In this document: positions 16,531-27,950 of the stretch, piece after piece | Layout: each line of letters starts with the position of its first letter | Position numbering within the stretch: position 1 is the stretch's first letter | IMG/VR virus record: IMGVR_UViG_3300035169_000077 | Coordinates: 34,688-98,687 of that record | Strand: one strand, 5' to 3' | DNA: 64,000 bases | Source of the DNA: a virus | Position numbers and translations under genes: made by a program | Notes under the pieces: model-generated | What the model was told of the DNA's origin: nothing | The model's database searches: none | The model's input: only the letters and a program-made list of their open reading frames with translations

Positions 16531-18203
16531 TGGGGTACGCGGAGCTCGTCCGGTCGCCGAGGGGGAACTACTGGCGCGCCCGGTTCAAGGGAGCGGACGG
16601 CAAGCTCGTGACCGTCGTTGACGAGGCCGGCGCCGTCCTCCGGTACGACGGGAAGCGCAAGGCCAAGAAGGCGGCAGACGACCGGGAGAAGGACGCCCGC
16701 CAGGGCCGGTGGCATGACCCGGCAGCGGGGATGATGCTCGTCAAGCCGTGGGCGCAGGAATGGTACGCGGGCCTGAGCCTCGCGCCGAAGACCATGGCCA
16801 ACATCAAGAGGCACCTGGAGCATCACATCATCCCGTTCTTCGGCGAGGACGAGCTGAGAGCGGTCGACGCCGCGCGGATCGCCGAGTGGAAGGCGGAGGA
16901 GAAGGCCGCGGGGATGTCGCCGAACAGCATCAGGACGTGGCACGGCACCCTGCACACGCTGCTAGAGGACGCCAGGCTGACCGGGAGGATCAGCGTCAAC
17001 CCGGCGACGGCCAGGCGCGGCCGGGGACGGCGGGACGGCGGGGCGCGAAGGTCGCAGGTACAGCAGGAGCGCGTCATCACGTCACCCCTCGGCATCCTGC
17101 TGATCGCCGAGCGGATGTCGGTCCTGTCCGGCCGCGATGACGAGTTCGCCATGGTGGAGGCGGCCTACGGCTGCGCCCTGCGCCTCGGCGAGCTGACCGG
17201 CCTCGAGGTGCCGTCCGTCCGGGCGGGCGGCCTCAACCCCCGTAACCCGCTCCGCAAGGTCGCCGGCGAGCTGCGGGACGAGGCCATGCGAGTGGAATGG
17301 CAGCTTACCGAGGTTGAGGGGGAGCTGCTGCGGGAGCGGCCGAAGAACGGCTCCACCGGCGACCTTGACCTGCCCCCGTACCTGTCCCGGCTGATCGGGG
17401 AGCATGTTGCCGCGGCCGGCCCGCGGGAGTGCCCGTGCCACGGGACCGTCCACGCGTTCCGGGGGATGGGCGCGGCGAGCGCGAGGCCCGTGGTGCCCTT
17501 GCGGGTCGTCGCGGGGTACGCGGGCGTCTCGGAGGCCGCGGCGTACGTGGCGCTCGGCGGCAAGGGGCGGGTGTCGGACGCGACCCGCGAGAAGGTGGCG
17601 GCGGCGGCCCGGGAGGTCGGGTGGGTGCGGCCGGCGCGCCTGGACGGCCCGGCATGGCACTGGCGGCAGTCGGCGTTCGAGGCGATGTTCACCGCCGCGG
17701 TGTCGGGCTGGCTTCCGCCGGACGCGCCGCGCCCGCGCCGGCCGGTGCCGCTGGCGGGGGAGTGGCCCGGGACGCGGCTGCGCGGGCGCAACGCCCAGGG
17801 GCGGGCGTCGCTGCGGTGGGAGCCGGTCGCGGAGGGGATGACCCCGCACGGGCTGCGCCACTCGCTGAAGACCAGGATGGAGGAGGCCGGGATACCGGAG
17901 GTCGCCTCCGAGGCCCGGCTGCGGCACGAGATCCCCGGGGTGTCCGGCGCCTACCGGCACGTGACCCCCGAGATGCGCGCCCAGGTGACCCGGCTGCTAC
18001 AACAGGACTGGGAGGCGGCGCTGGACGAGCGGCTCGCGATGTCGCCCCGGTCGCCCGTCGCGGTGCTCGGCCGGCTGCTCCAGGAGCGGGCTGAGGCCCG
18101 CAAGCCCCGCCTTGTCTCCAGTGCGTCTCCAGAAGCAGCAGGGCCGGCTTCCCTCCCGAGGGTGGAAACCGGCCCTGACCTGCGTCGGGGTGACTGGATT
18201 TGA
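16530..18203 (+). CDS. int: Tyrosine integrase with internal LacI-type HTH
   Basis: LRLGEL, PKNG, HGLRH, RLRH, AYRH catalytic motifs; LRVVAGYAGVSEAAAYVALGGKGRVSDATREKV insert. Confidence 0.9.
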   Translation: MGYAELVRSPRGNYWRARFKGADGKLVTVVDEAGAVLRYDGKRKAKKAADDREKDARQGRWHDPAAGMMLVKPWAQEWYAGLSLAPKTMANIKRHLEHHIIPFFGEDELRAVDAARIAEWKAEEKAAGMSPNSIRTWHGTLHTLLEDARLTGRISVNPATARRGRGRRDGGARRSQVQQERVITSPLGILLIAERMSVLSGRDDEFAMVEAAYGCALRLGELTGLEVPSVRAGGLNPRNPLRKVAGELRDEAMRVEWQLTEVEGELLRERPKNGSTGDLDLPPYLSRLIGEHVAAAGPRECPCHGTVHAFRGMGAASARPVVPLRVVAGYAGVSEAAAYVALGGKGRVSDATREKVAAAAREVGWVRPARLDGPAWHWRQSAFEAMFTAAVSGWLPPDAPRPRRPVPLAGEWPGTRLRGRNAQGRASLRWEPVAEGMTPHGLRHSLKTRMEEAGIPEVASEARLRHEIPGVSGAYRHVTPEMRAQVTRLLQQDWEAALDERLAMSPRSPVAVLGRLLQERAEARKPRLVSSASPEAAGPASLPRVETGPDLRRGDWI

Positions 18204-18373
18204 ACCAGCGGCCTCTTCGTCCCGAACAAGCCAGCCCGCCAATTTATGCTCCAGTGGTCGCGCAGGTCAAACCGTTGCGGTCTCGGATTCCAAGGTCGGG
18301 CAATAGGTGCCCGGCCCGTTTCAGCCTTCCCCGGCAGGCGTCGGCGGGGTAGCTGTCTCCAGGAATTCTCCAG
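18114..18373 (+). repeat. Integrase arm-type sites
   Basis: Paired (G/T)TCTCCAG direct repeats at 18114/18125 and 18355/18366 flanking the core. Confidence 0.7.
18185..18227 (-). other. attP core: 3' half of tRNA-Pro(CGG)
   Basis: Reverse strand GTTCGGGACGAAGAGGCCGCTGGTTCAAATCCAGTCACCCCGA; no 5' half; overlaps int 3' end. Confidence 0.85.
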
Positions 18374-18402
18374 AAAGGATGAGGCGAGAGTGGCGCGGGG
18401 GA

Positions 18403-18702
18403 TCACGCCTCCCGGATGCGCTCCGGCACCACGACGTACGCCCCGGACCACATCGTCAGGGCGGCGCTCCACTCAAGCTGCACGACGGGACGGCCGCGGC
18501 GGTCCTCCCACCGGGCGGCCACGGTAACCAGCCTCCAGGACCCGCCACCGAACAGCACCTCGCACGGGGAGCCGTCAGCGCGCCACGTCCCGTCAGGGAT
18601 GTCATCGACGGGAAGGGCTTCCTCGAGCGCGGGGCACTCGCGGGGGTCACGGGGAGGCACGAGGGCAGGAGTACCCGCAGGGGCCGGCATAAAATCCGGC
18701 AT
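18403..18702 (-). CDS. Hypothetical protein
   Basis: ORF with GAGGGG upstream. Confidence 0.6.
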   Translation of the reverse strand: MPDFMPAPAGTPALVPPRDPRECPALEEALPVDDIPDGTWRADGSPCEVLFGGGSWRLVTVAARWEDRRGRPVVQLEWSAALTMWSGAYVVVPERIREA

Positions 18703-18746
18703 GAAATCGCGCCCCTCGTCGGAAGCCCCCCGGCTAGGCTTGCGGC

Positions 18747-18923
18747 ATGCGGATGCCCTTCGAGAGGCTCATGGAACTGGTCGCCGCTGTCGGCCCGGAC
18801 GAGGCGCGGCTTCCGCTCGGGGCTTTCGCGGAGCGATGGGGCGAGCCTTCGGAGCGGATCGCCGACGCGATCGACGCGGTGCGGGTGCTGAACGGGGAAC
18901 GGACGTACATCACGGTGACGTGA
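18747..18923 (+). CDS. Small hypothetical protein (58 aa, not in ORF track)
   Basis: MRMPFERLMELVAAVG...; TAGGCT-N6-ATG; 14-bp hairpin right after stop. Confidence 0.55.
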   Translation: MRMPFERLMELVAAVGPDEARLPLGAFAERWGEPSERIADAIDAVRVLNGERTYITVT

Positions 18924-18924
18924 G

Positions 18925-19200
18925 CGCGAGGCCCGGCAAACCTTAGCCTGCCGGGCCTCGCGGTATCGCCGGCCCTTGCGTCCGGCAGTGCGGTTCGGGG
19001 GAGCTGGAAACCGCCTTCACAGCCTCGGCCGCTGGCCGGCAAAGCCCTCACGGGGTGCCGGGCATCCCTTTCCAGTGCGCTCCCCCTATACGGGAGTCCT
19101 GCGTAAGCCTGATCCCGCGACGGTTCCAGCGCGGATACCCACTGCGGTCAGGCGGTGGTCAAGCCCTTGCCGTAGCCCGGCTGGCGTGAACCGTTAACTG
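18925..19200 (-). ncRNA. Candidate structured RNA downstream of tRNA-fMet
   Basis: Nested stems and GNRA-like loops, no convincing ORF; strand inferred. Confidence 0.45.
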
Positions 19201-19210
19201 GGCGAATCCG

Positions 19211-19284
19211 TGGCGCGAGCCGGATTTGAACCGGCGACCTACGGGTTATGAGCCCGCCGAGCTACCGAGCTGCTCCATCGCGCT
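19211..19284 (-). tRNA. tRNA-fMet (CAT), CCA not encoded
   Basis: Full cloverleaf; A1:C72 mismatch; GGG/CCC anticodon stem; loop CTCATAA; 3' end A-CGG. Confidence 0.93.
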
Positions 19285-19299
19285 GGGTCAAGCTTAGCG

Positions 19300-19629
19300 T
19301 TACGACAGGATCTTTCGCGCGAGGCGCTTCCGCCAGTTCGGGACGGGTTCCCGCGCGTCGTGGACGGTGGCGGTGGTTCCGTTGCCGGTGATGGTGTTCG
19401 CCAACTCCCATTCCTCGTCCCACCGCCGGCCGCCCTGGTAGTGCTCCAGCCAGCGCTCGTACTGGTGGCCATAGCCGCTGGAGGACTCGTGCGCGAGCTT
19501 CTCGGCGATGCGCCGCAGCGCGACCCGGCGCTTCATCCGGGGCTGGAACCAGCCGAACCACTTCGTGCCGACCGCGCCGATGAGGAGCGCCAGGGTCGGC
19601 CCGAGCCACAGTCCAAGGGTGTCCCACAT
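19300..19629 (-). CDS. Membrane-anchored hypothetical protein
   Basis: N-terminal TM segment; TAAGGT-N7-ATG. Confidence 0.55.
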   Translation of the reverse strand: MWDTLGLWLGPTLALLIGAVGTKWFGWFQPRMKRRVALRRIAEKLAHESSSGYGHQYERWLEHYQGGRRWDEEWELANTITGNGTTATVHDAREPVPNWRKRLARKILS

Positions 19630-19837
19630 GGGCGGAACCTTAGCGGACGTGCTGCCTTTAACTCCGGGCCGGATAATATCCCCGCCCTGGCAAAGGGCGA
19701 GGGGGCGGCTCTTCCACCAGCCGCCCCCCGGAGTGCCCGCCATCCGTTCCGAGACAGGTGAGCAGTTCCCCATGCTGCCACGGGATGGGACCGGGTGAGG
19801 CCCCCGTACGGAAGTGGACGGAACTGAACGAGATCTC

Positions 19838-22800
19838 TTACAGCAGCAGCGCGATGACCACCGCGACTGGGACGAGCGCGGCCAGCAACAGGGCCGCGCG
19901 GGCGAGGATGCCCAGCAGCCTCCGGCGCTGCACCGGACCAGACCGCCGCCACAGCCCCCGCCACGTCCGGGGGGCGTCCCTCACGGGGGCGCCTCGCCGT
20001 GGAAGACCTGGACGTTCGGCCCCGTCCGCATGCCGAGCGCGTAGTTGTGCGCCTCCACGGCTTCCCTGGCCAGCTCCGGGGAGTCCATTACCCCTATCGG
20101 GGGGTGGCCCTTCCAGTCCCCGCCGGCATCCGCGTACAGGTTCCTCGGGTTGGAGCGGCCGACTCGCCACGGGACGTCCCTCAGCTCTCCCATCGCAGCG
20201 TGGTAGCGGGCCGTGGCCTCCGAGATCATCGCCCGGCCGCCGTCGCCGAGGTCACTCATCGTCGTCACCCTCCAGCGTGATCCCGTGTTCCGCGAACGCG
20301 GCCACGATCGCAGGGTCGCCCTTGAACTCCTCAAGCGAGTAGTCCGCGGTGTCCCAGTCCTCGCCGAGGAGCTTGCCGATCAGCGGGCCGAGGACGCGGC
20401 GCTTGATCTCATCGCTTGCCCCCGCGTCGATCAGCCCCTGCGCTACCGGGTCGAAGATCTCCGCCGCGCTTGCCCATCCCATAACAGGTCATCCTCTCTC
20501 AGGTCGCAGGCGATGTACCTGCCGTCGGCGATGGCCTGCGCGGCTTCCCGTAGCTGGTCTTCGCGGGTACTGAACGCCCCGGCCGCGATCCGGGCGGCGA
20601 TCCCGAAGTGCCGGTGCCAGGTGCGCCAGCGGTCAGGCTGGCCGGGGACCCTGGCGGGGTCGGACTTCGGGAACTGCCGGCCGGCGTGGGCTTGGATCTT
20701 CCGCGCGACCGCCTCGGCCAGGACCGGCGCGGCGGCCTCCAGGATCTCGCGGGCCGGGCCTGTGAAGTCCCGCCACGTCAGGTGAGGCGCGCTGTACTCG
20801 CTCTCGTACTGGCGCAGCAGGACTTCAGCCGCGGCTTGGACGGCGTTGTCAGGAACTCTCGGCATCGCGGCCTCCTGCCTCGATCGCGGCCTGCTCCCGG
20901 GCGCGGTACGCCCGCCAGAGGGTGCGCTCGCCGTCGACGAGCAGGTACGGCAGCATGACCTCGGTTACCGTGGCCATCCCGGCGGCGACGAGCGCGAGCT
21001 GGGCCTCAAGCCAGTCGCGTGCCACCCGCCAGGCGACGTCCGCCGCGTGCTTCCGGGTGGCGAGCTTCGCCAGCGCGGGCCGGGTGAGCTTCGGCGGGTT
21101 GTCCCGCAGCATCGCCATGATGACCGCGTGGGCGCCGCCGACGTTCACCGGCAGGTCGAACGCGCGAGGCCCGTGCGGAGTGTCCAGCCGGAACGACAAG
21201 CCCGCAGGCTCCCGGTTCTCGTAGTGGACGGCGACCGATGCCGCGCCCGCGTCGGCGAGCATCGCCTGGCACTCGGCCGCCGTCTTCGCGGCCGGGACCG
21301 TCGTCGAGTAGTTTGTGGGCCTAGCCACCGCTTTCCTCCTCTAGCCGCACCACGGCGGCTACCTCGTGCAACTCGCCCCTGCCTACCGCTTTCGTCTGCG
21401 CACGGCGCTCGTCCCGCTCAATGAACGCGGTGTCCCGGTCGTCAAGGCCGGGAGCGTCAATGTCGGGCTGGCCGCTGGCCTGATTCCAGGTCACGACGAC
21501 GAACCCGAGAACCTCGCCTCCCGCGTACTCAGGCACCATCGCCACCCTTCCCGGCGGGCCGCCGGCTGGTGATCGCGAGGGGAAGCGTTGCGCCGTAGGA
21601 GCGGAACCGCGCCATGTCGCTGGCGCCCTTCCCGGCGAGCTCCGCGGCGAGAGCGGCCACCACGGCGGGGTCGTCCAGCTTCCCGAACGCCTCCGGGTCA
21701 ACAGGGTGACCGGTTCCGCCGAGTTGCATCGACTCAAGCAGCAGGCGGAACGCCACCTTGTCCGGCATCCATCCGCCCTCGGGCTTGCAGCCCCACGGGC
21801 ACGGCAGCCACTCGACTACTCCCCACAGCCTGCAGATCAGGGGCCGCAGGTCGTAGGCGAGGCACCGGCCGTCCGGTCCGAGCGCCTCGCACCAGTAGTC
21901 GCAGGGCTTCTTGCGGGCCTCATCCTCGGGCGTGAGCGGGTGGCCCGCCAGGGCGAGGCGACGGCGCTCCCACGGGGTCATGCTGGCAGGCCCGCAGGAT
22001 ATCCAGCAGTTGCCAAGGCAGCCCGGTATCGCGGGGACCTGGTCGTAGATGGCCTGCATCCGCTCGGCCCGGTCAGCCACGGCTAGCCTCCCCGGTCAGG
22101 TGCCGGGTGATCAGCGGCCTCACCATGCACTCGTCCGCTGGCACCGGGTCGCCCGTGTCGTCCCCGGTCGCCTGCTGGACGATCTCCGTGCAGCCAGGGC
22201 AGGCCATCGACAGGGGCCGCTCCTCGCAGTACCGGCCGGGATCGTCGCCGCCCTTCACGGCCGGCGAGCCGTCCGGGTGCGCCTCATCCCACTCGTCCCA
22301 GGCCTCCAGCTCGTCTCCGGTCGCGCCAGGGTGGATCTCAGGGCGCGGGTGGGGGCAGTCGTCAGCGGAGCCGTAAAGCTGCGCGGGACGGTGGGCCAGC
22401 GCCAGGGCGTCCACGGTCCTGGCGAGCTTTAGCGTGGTCCCGAGCAGCAGGCCGGCCGTGAACGTCTGGTCGACCGGACGGGAATCGCTCTTGCTGAACA
22501 CGGCGCGCGCTGTCGTGACGATCTCCCGGACCCCGGCCAGCGCGAGAGCGATCTTGTCGTCAGCCATTCGGCTTCTCCTCTCCCAGCAGGGCGCGGGTGA
22601 TGGCCTCGCGCAGTTCGGCCGCGCGGCGGTTCCCTGCGGCGGGAGTGCCGGCCGCCTCCACGGCCTCGGGCATCCCGGCCTCCGCGAGCAGGGCGGTTAT
22701 CTTCCCGGACGCGGCATCCCAGGCGCCGGCCAGTTTCAGTACCTCCTCCACGGCGTCAGCCAACCGGGGGACGTCACGGGCCTGCTCCCGGGCACGGATC

Positions 22801-25800
22801 GCGGTGAGCTCAGCGGCAACGGCGTCAGCCATAACTGGCCATCAGCAGGAGCCGCACATTCTGGGGCCAGTCGATGTTCCAGTGCGCCCAGACCTTCCCG
22901 AACGCTTCCAGCTCGGCAGGCGTCGGCTCCGCGAGGGTGGCCTGGTCGACCTCCTCGCAGCCCCACTCGACCGAGGTGAGGCTCCGCTTCAGGATGAGGG
23001 CATCGCCGCCGAGCTCGTACCCGTAGGAGCGGAAGTCCAGCGGGACCGCCGCGTCCCGGCGCTTGTTGTACGGCTCGCGGAACTCGGCGAACCAGGCGCG
23101 GCGCTCGTCCAGCGTGATCGCATCGAAGTCCGGCGTGTCCGGCTCCTGCTCAGTGAAGCCGAACAGCGCCGGGAACCGCTCTTCCATGTTGAACGTGTCA
23201 AGGTCGCGCTCCGCGAAGTCGAAGCCCTCGTCGTTCTCGCTGTCGCCGAAGTCGACGCCCCACGCCAGGTACGCGTCGGCACTTGATCCCATATCGATTC
23301 CTCTCGTTGTCGCAGGTCAGAAGGGAGGTTCATCCTGGTAGCCGCCTGGCGGCTCCGGGTTCATCGGCTCTCGCGGGCAGTCGCACGGCTTCCCGTCGTG
23401 CTCTTTGTCCTCGTGGTCCTGCCGCTCCCATTCGGCGATCTGGTCGAAGTCGGGCTCCTCCTGGGGGAGGGTGGACTCGACGTCTTTTTCCCACTCGCCG
23501 TCTTCGTTGATCACTCGCCGGGCACCCCCGTCACGCCGAGCCTGATGAACGTGATCGCCCGCCCGGCCCGGTCGCAGGTCTCCTTCGTCTTGCCGCTGCA
23601 GTCGTCGCACAGCAGGCGCAGCACGTGGCCCGGCGCGGGGCTTCGGTCGGCGTTGGCGCGGCCCATCGCCGCCATCCACACGGCCGCCGCGTGCGAGCAC
23701 CCATCGCAGGTCAGCGGCATCTCTGGAGGCTCTCCGGCAGCGCGCCGGCATGCTTCCCGGTAGGCCCTGCCGAACCGCTCGCGAAGGTCCGGGGTATCGA
23801 GGATGCCGGGCGACCCCTGGACCCCGACCAGGACCGCGTCCCGCAGCCTGCCGACCCTGACCTTGTCGCCCATCGCGTCGGTGATGACGTCGATGATCTC
23901 GGCCTCGTCGAGGTCCGCCACGAGAGCGTCACGCCTTTCCTCGGCTGCCTCGAACTGGTCCATCAGTTCCCTCCTCCTGCCGCCGTGGCGGCGTCTGCCG
24001 TGCCCGGGAAATGCGCGCCGAGGGAAGCGACGAACGCGCTCAGCAGCCGCTCCGCCTCCGGCTTCAGCTCCCCCGGGCCGTCTCCGTAGCGGCGCACGGC
24101 CTGCATGCCGGGCAAGTCAGTGGTCAGCACCCACTCGCCGCTTGCCTGCAGAGATCGCCAGATCGAGAACAGGCACGCCTCCACGGTGCCGACGTGGCCG
24201 CCGATCATGCCGAGGGGAGTCTCCTGCCAGCGGATGCGCTCAGCCACGCTCATTTCAGTTCTTCCTGTCCTGCCGCCGTGGCGGCCCTGTTGATCCTGTC
24301 CGCGTGCTCCCTGTACGCGGCTGACGTGTCGCAGCCGATCAGGAAGTTCATCCCGTCGTGGCGCGGGAAGTGGGTACGCCATGCCAGCCAGCGGGGGACG
24401 TCGTACTCCGGCATCCGGTGCGGGGGCACGGTCAGCAGCTCGTACTTCTCGCCCGGCTCGATCGGCTGGTCGCAGTCGTTGCATGCGTGCGTCGTGCGGG
24501 CGGTGCGGACCCTGACGGCGATCGGGTAGTCAGTCACGGCGCTTCCTCCCCGAGGATCTCGCGGGCCACGGCCAGTGCCCCGTCCCAGTGCTTGCAGGCG
24601 CCGCCCAGGTAGCCGCACCCGCAGTGCCACCACGGGCCGGGATCGTCCTTGACCTCCTCGGCGCACCGCCCCGCCGTCTCCTCCAGCCACCCGGCCAGAG
24701 GCTCGCGGGCATTGCCGAGGAGAACGATCAGCGTGGCGTCGGCCTTCTGGCGCCCCTCGTGCGCCGGGTCGCCGCACCGGTACATCTCCGCGACCATGTG
24801 ACCGTCTGGCATGCCGGGGCCGTCAACCGCAGGGTCAACGCCGTCCAGGTACGACACCCTCCACGGGGCCGGGGTAGCGGTGCTCCCGGCCTCCCTCAGG
24901 AGGTTGGCGGCACGGCGGAGGGTCTCGGCGGGGTGCTCGGCGCTCACTGCGGCCCTTCCTCGTCGCTCAGGTAGGCGCGGGCAACCGCGATCGCCTCGTC
25001 AACGCCGACGCGGCCGGCCAGCTCGGCGTCCATGCCGACCATCCACGCGATCTTGTCCAGAAGGGCCGCGACCGCCCGGGACGTGGCCAGGTCCCAGGGG
25101 GCGGCCATCTCGCCAGCGGGGCCGCCGAGGCCGTTCGCCACGCCTGCGCGGTACCTCGTGTTGGCGTCGGCGGCCGTCTCGAACCGCCAGTAGGAGCGGA
25201 ACGGGTCGGCCATCTCGGCTTCCATGGCATCGGCGCGCTGCCGGATGTACTCGGCGGCACGGGCCATCAGGTGGGCGGGGTGCTCAGCCGTGGTCACCGT
25301 GACCGCCTCCGCCGCTTAGGCGTGGCCGTGACTCCCAGCCAGCCGAACGGCGTCCGCGTCCCCGCAGACACCCGCACCCGGCCACGGCCGAGCGGCTCTG
25401 AGATGCGGAGCCGGAAAGGGCCAACCCGCACCGACTGGGAAACCCTCAAGCCCCTCACGTCAGTTCACCGGCCCTAGCACGATGACGCGCTCGGCGTTGC
25501 CGCCGGGCTCGTACAGGTCGTCCGCGTCAGACTGCGTCCAAGCCCCTGTGCGCACCCACCCGGCGACGTCCTCCGCCGTGGGGTACACCTCGCCGGAGTA
25601 GGTGCTGTCCGGCTCGTACACCGCCTCCCACGCTTCGGCGAGGGGTGAGTGGCCGTTGCCCTCCGCGTCCTTCCGCAGGACCACCTTGCGGTCCCTCGGC
25701 TGCGTGGCGAGGTAGTCGAGCAGGTCGCCCACGGTGCTCATCTTGTTGTCGGTCAACGTTCCGGTCCTCTCGCCAGAAGGCCGGCAACGGCGGCCTCGTC

Positions 25801-27944
25801 GCCGGGATAGTCAGGGTCGGGGAAAGAGTCCAGGCGGGCGCGGTCGTCCGCCTCGGCCAGCGCCCGCGCCTCCCGGCGGACGGCAGGGTAGCCGTCAACG
25901 TGGCCGCAGGGGTTCTTCCAGCCGTCGCAGCCCAGCTGCCGCGAGCCGTCGTAGGAGGTCGTCTCGAAAGGCTCGCCGCGCGGGCCGTCGCACTGCGGGC
26001 ACGTCCACGGGAGCGTCACCCGGATGCTGTGGAATCCCTCGTGCTGCTGGCTTCCGGGGATGGTGACTGTCCTCACCGAGGGTGCCTCGCCGACGCGCGA
26101 TGGCATCGCCTCCGCCGCCGCCGGCTCGGCGTCGGCGAGGCGGCACGACTCCATCCACGCCTTAGCGAACGCCTCCCGCTCGGCCGGGCTGGAAATGTGC
26201 GCCGACGTCGTCTTGCCGTGCTCGTCCCTGATCAGGAACTGGACCGCGCCGCCGTCCTCGTCGTCCTCGGGCGGGTAGGCGCCGATCGTGAGCTCCTCGC
26301 CGAAGAAGCCGCGCACGGTGTGCGTGAAGGCGGCGTCGGGCATCTCGTCACTGGCCACTGACCGTCACCCCGTGGCACCGCTCGCACGTCCGGAACCCTG
26401 CAGCCCACTCTGAGCGGGCAACCCGGTGAGCGCACAGGCCGGTCACGTAGCCGTCCTCGAAGCCGGGGAAAGGCTCGCCGACAGGGAAGGGCTCCGCGTC
26501 CAGGACCGTGACCGTGATTCCGTCACTTAGCCGCTGGCCTCCCTTCAGGGCCTCGGCCACGGGACCGGAGACCTCCGCGCCCAGGAGGCAGGCGGCCACC
26601 CCCGCTGGCGTGGCGTCGTCAAACTCGCAGTCCTCCGCGAACTGCGCCGCCTGCGCCTCCGTCATCCAGACCACTACCGGCACCAGCACCGCCACCACGG
26701 GCGGATCCGGCCGCTTGTCCTCTTCCTGCTCCACTGGCTCAGCCACGGTTCAGCCCTCCTCTTCGTCGCTGTTGATGACCGGGAACACGTGCCCGGCGAA
26801 CTCGCACACATCGGCTAGCAGCCCGTCCGGCCCGGCTCCCTCTACGTTGAAGACCCGGTCCCGCCCTAGGCGCGAGTCGTCGTTGCCGCTGGCGCTGCAC
26901 GTGGGGCAGTAGCGGGGCTCGTCCTGCCCGGCTGCCTCCGCCTCGGCTAGCGCCTGCTCCCAGCAGGCGCGCAGCACCGGGTACCAGCCGGGCATCTCAC
27001 GGAGGACCCGGGAGACGCTCGCCCACTCCTCGCCTGTCATCGCGTCCACTGCGGGTGCCTGGTCCGGGAACGGGAACGTCCCGGCGACGTCGGCGGCGAA
27101 GTCGCCCGGCACCCGGCCCCCGGACTCCCCCGCGATCCCCGCAGCCCTCCGCCCCAGCATCCCGGCGAGCAGCGCGGCCCCCTTCGCGGTCAGCGCCTCC
27201 CACTGCGACGGCGTGAAGTACGACCACGCGCCCGCGTCAAGCAGCACGCTCCCGTAGTCGCCCCGGATCCTCGCCTGCCCGTCCTGGGTGTCCACCGGCA
27301 CCCACTGGGTTACCTGCCCGGTCATCCCGCTCCCCCTTCGCTGGTCACTGCCGTCTTCTCCGCCCTCTCCGCGCACAGCAGGCACCGGGACGGGTCAAGG
27401 CCGTCCTCGCACACGTCATCCACCGCCTCCGCGTACATCCAGTTCGTCACCGGGTCACCCCTTCCCGGCCGGCGTGGCCAGCCAGACCGCGTTCGCCTTG
27501 TCCTCCGTGGCCGTCAGGGTCACGGGGGTGAAGTCCGGCAGGCTGAGCGCCCCGGACATGCCGCCCGGTGCCTCCCAGTCCAGCCGGGTCGACTCGTACC
27601 GGTCACCGAGGCCGGCATCAGTCACCGTCACCGCGCCGGGGAACACGGGGAGCGTCACCGTGTCGCCGGGGCGGATACGCCATGCCTCCACGTCAGGCCG
27701 CCTCCGCCGCGAGATCGGCCAGCAGGACGTTCCGCGTCACGAGGTCAGTCCCGGCGCGCTCGTCTGCGGCGGGGAACTCAACCGTGGCGAAGCGCTCGCC
27801 GCACTGGCTGAACAGCCGCAGGACGCGGCCCTCATCGCTGTACCCGAGCGCGTCGTGCTCGGGGTCAAGCTCGCCCGTGAAGCGGACGGCGCCGCCAGCC
27901 TGGATCGTCATCGGGGTCCCTCCCTGGGATGCCGGGTCAGTCAT
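19838..27944 (-). other. Array of about 20 translationally coupled small hypothetical phage genes
   Basis: Consecutive minus-strand ORFs with overlapping stop/start codons (e.g. 20252-20482, 20849-21328, 22073-22567, 22825-23292, 24534-24947, 24944-25297, 25460-25756, 25753-26358). Confidence 0.75.
21529..22080 (-). CDS. YkgJ-like cysteine-cluster protein
   Basis: CLGNCWISC...CEAL...GRCLAYDLRPLICRLWG. Confidence 0.75.
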   Translation of the reverse strand: MADRAERMQAIYDQVPAIPGCLGNCWISCGPASMTPWERRRLALAGHPLTPEDEARKKPCDYWCEALGPDGRCLAYDLRPLICRLWGVVEWLPCPWGCKPEGGWMPDKVAFRLLLESMQLGGTGHPVDPEAFGKLDDPAVVAALAAELAGKGASDMARFRSYGATLPLAITSRRPAGKGGDGA

Positions 27945-27950
27945 CGGGGG

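Noticed and set aside
18185-18227. Complete tRNA-Pro gene
   Set aside because: Only the anticodon-to-3' half is present; better explained as the attP core
19150-19210. HDV-like (theta) ribozyme in the tRNA 3' trailer
   Set aside because: Could not find the nested double-pseudoknot pairing by eye
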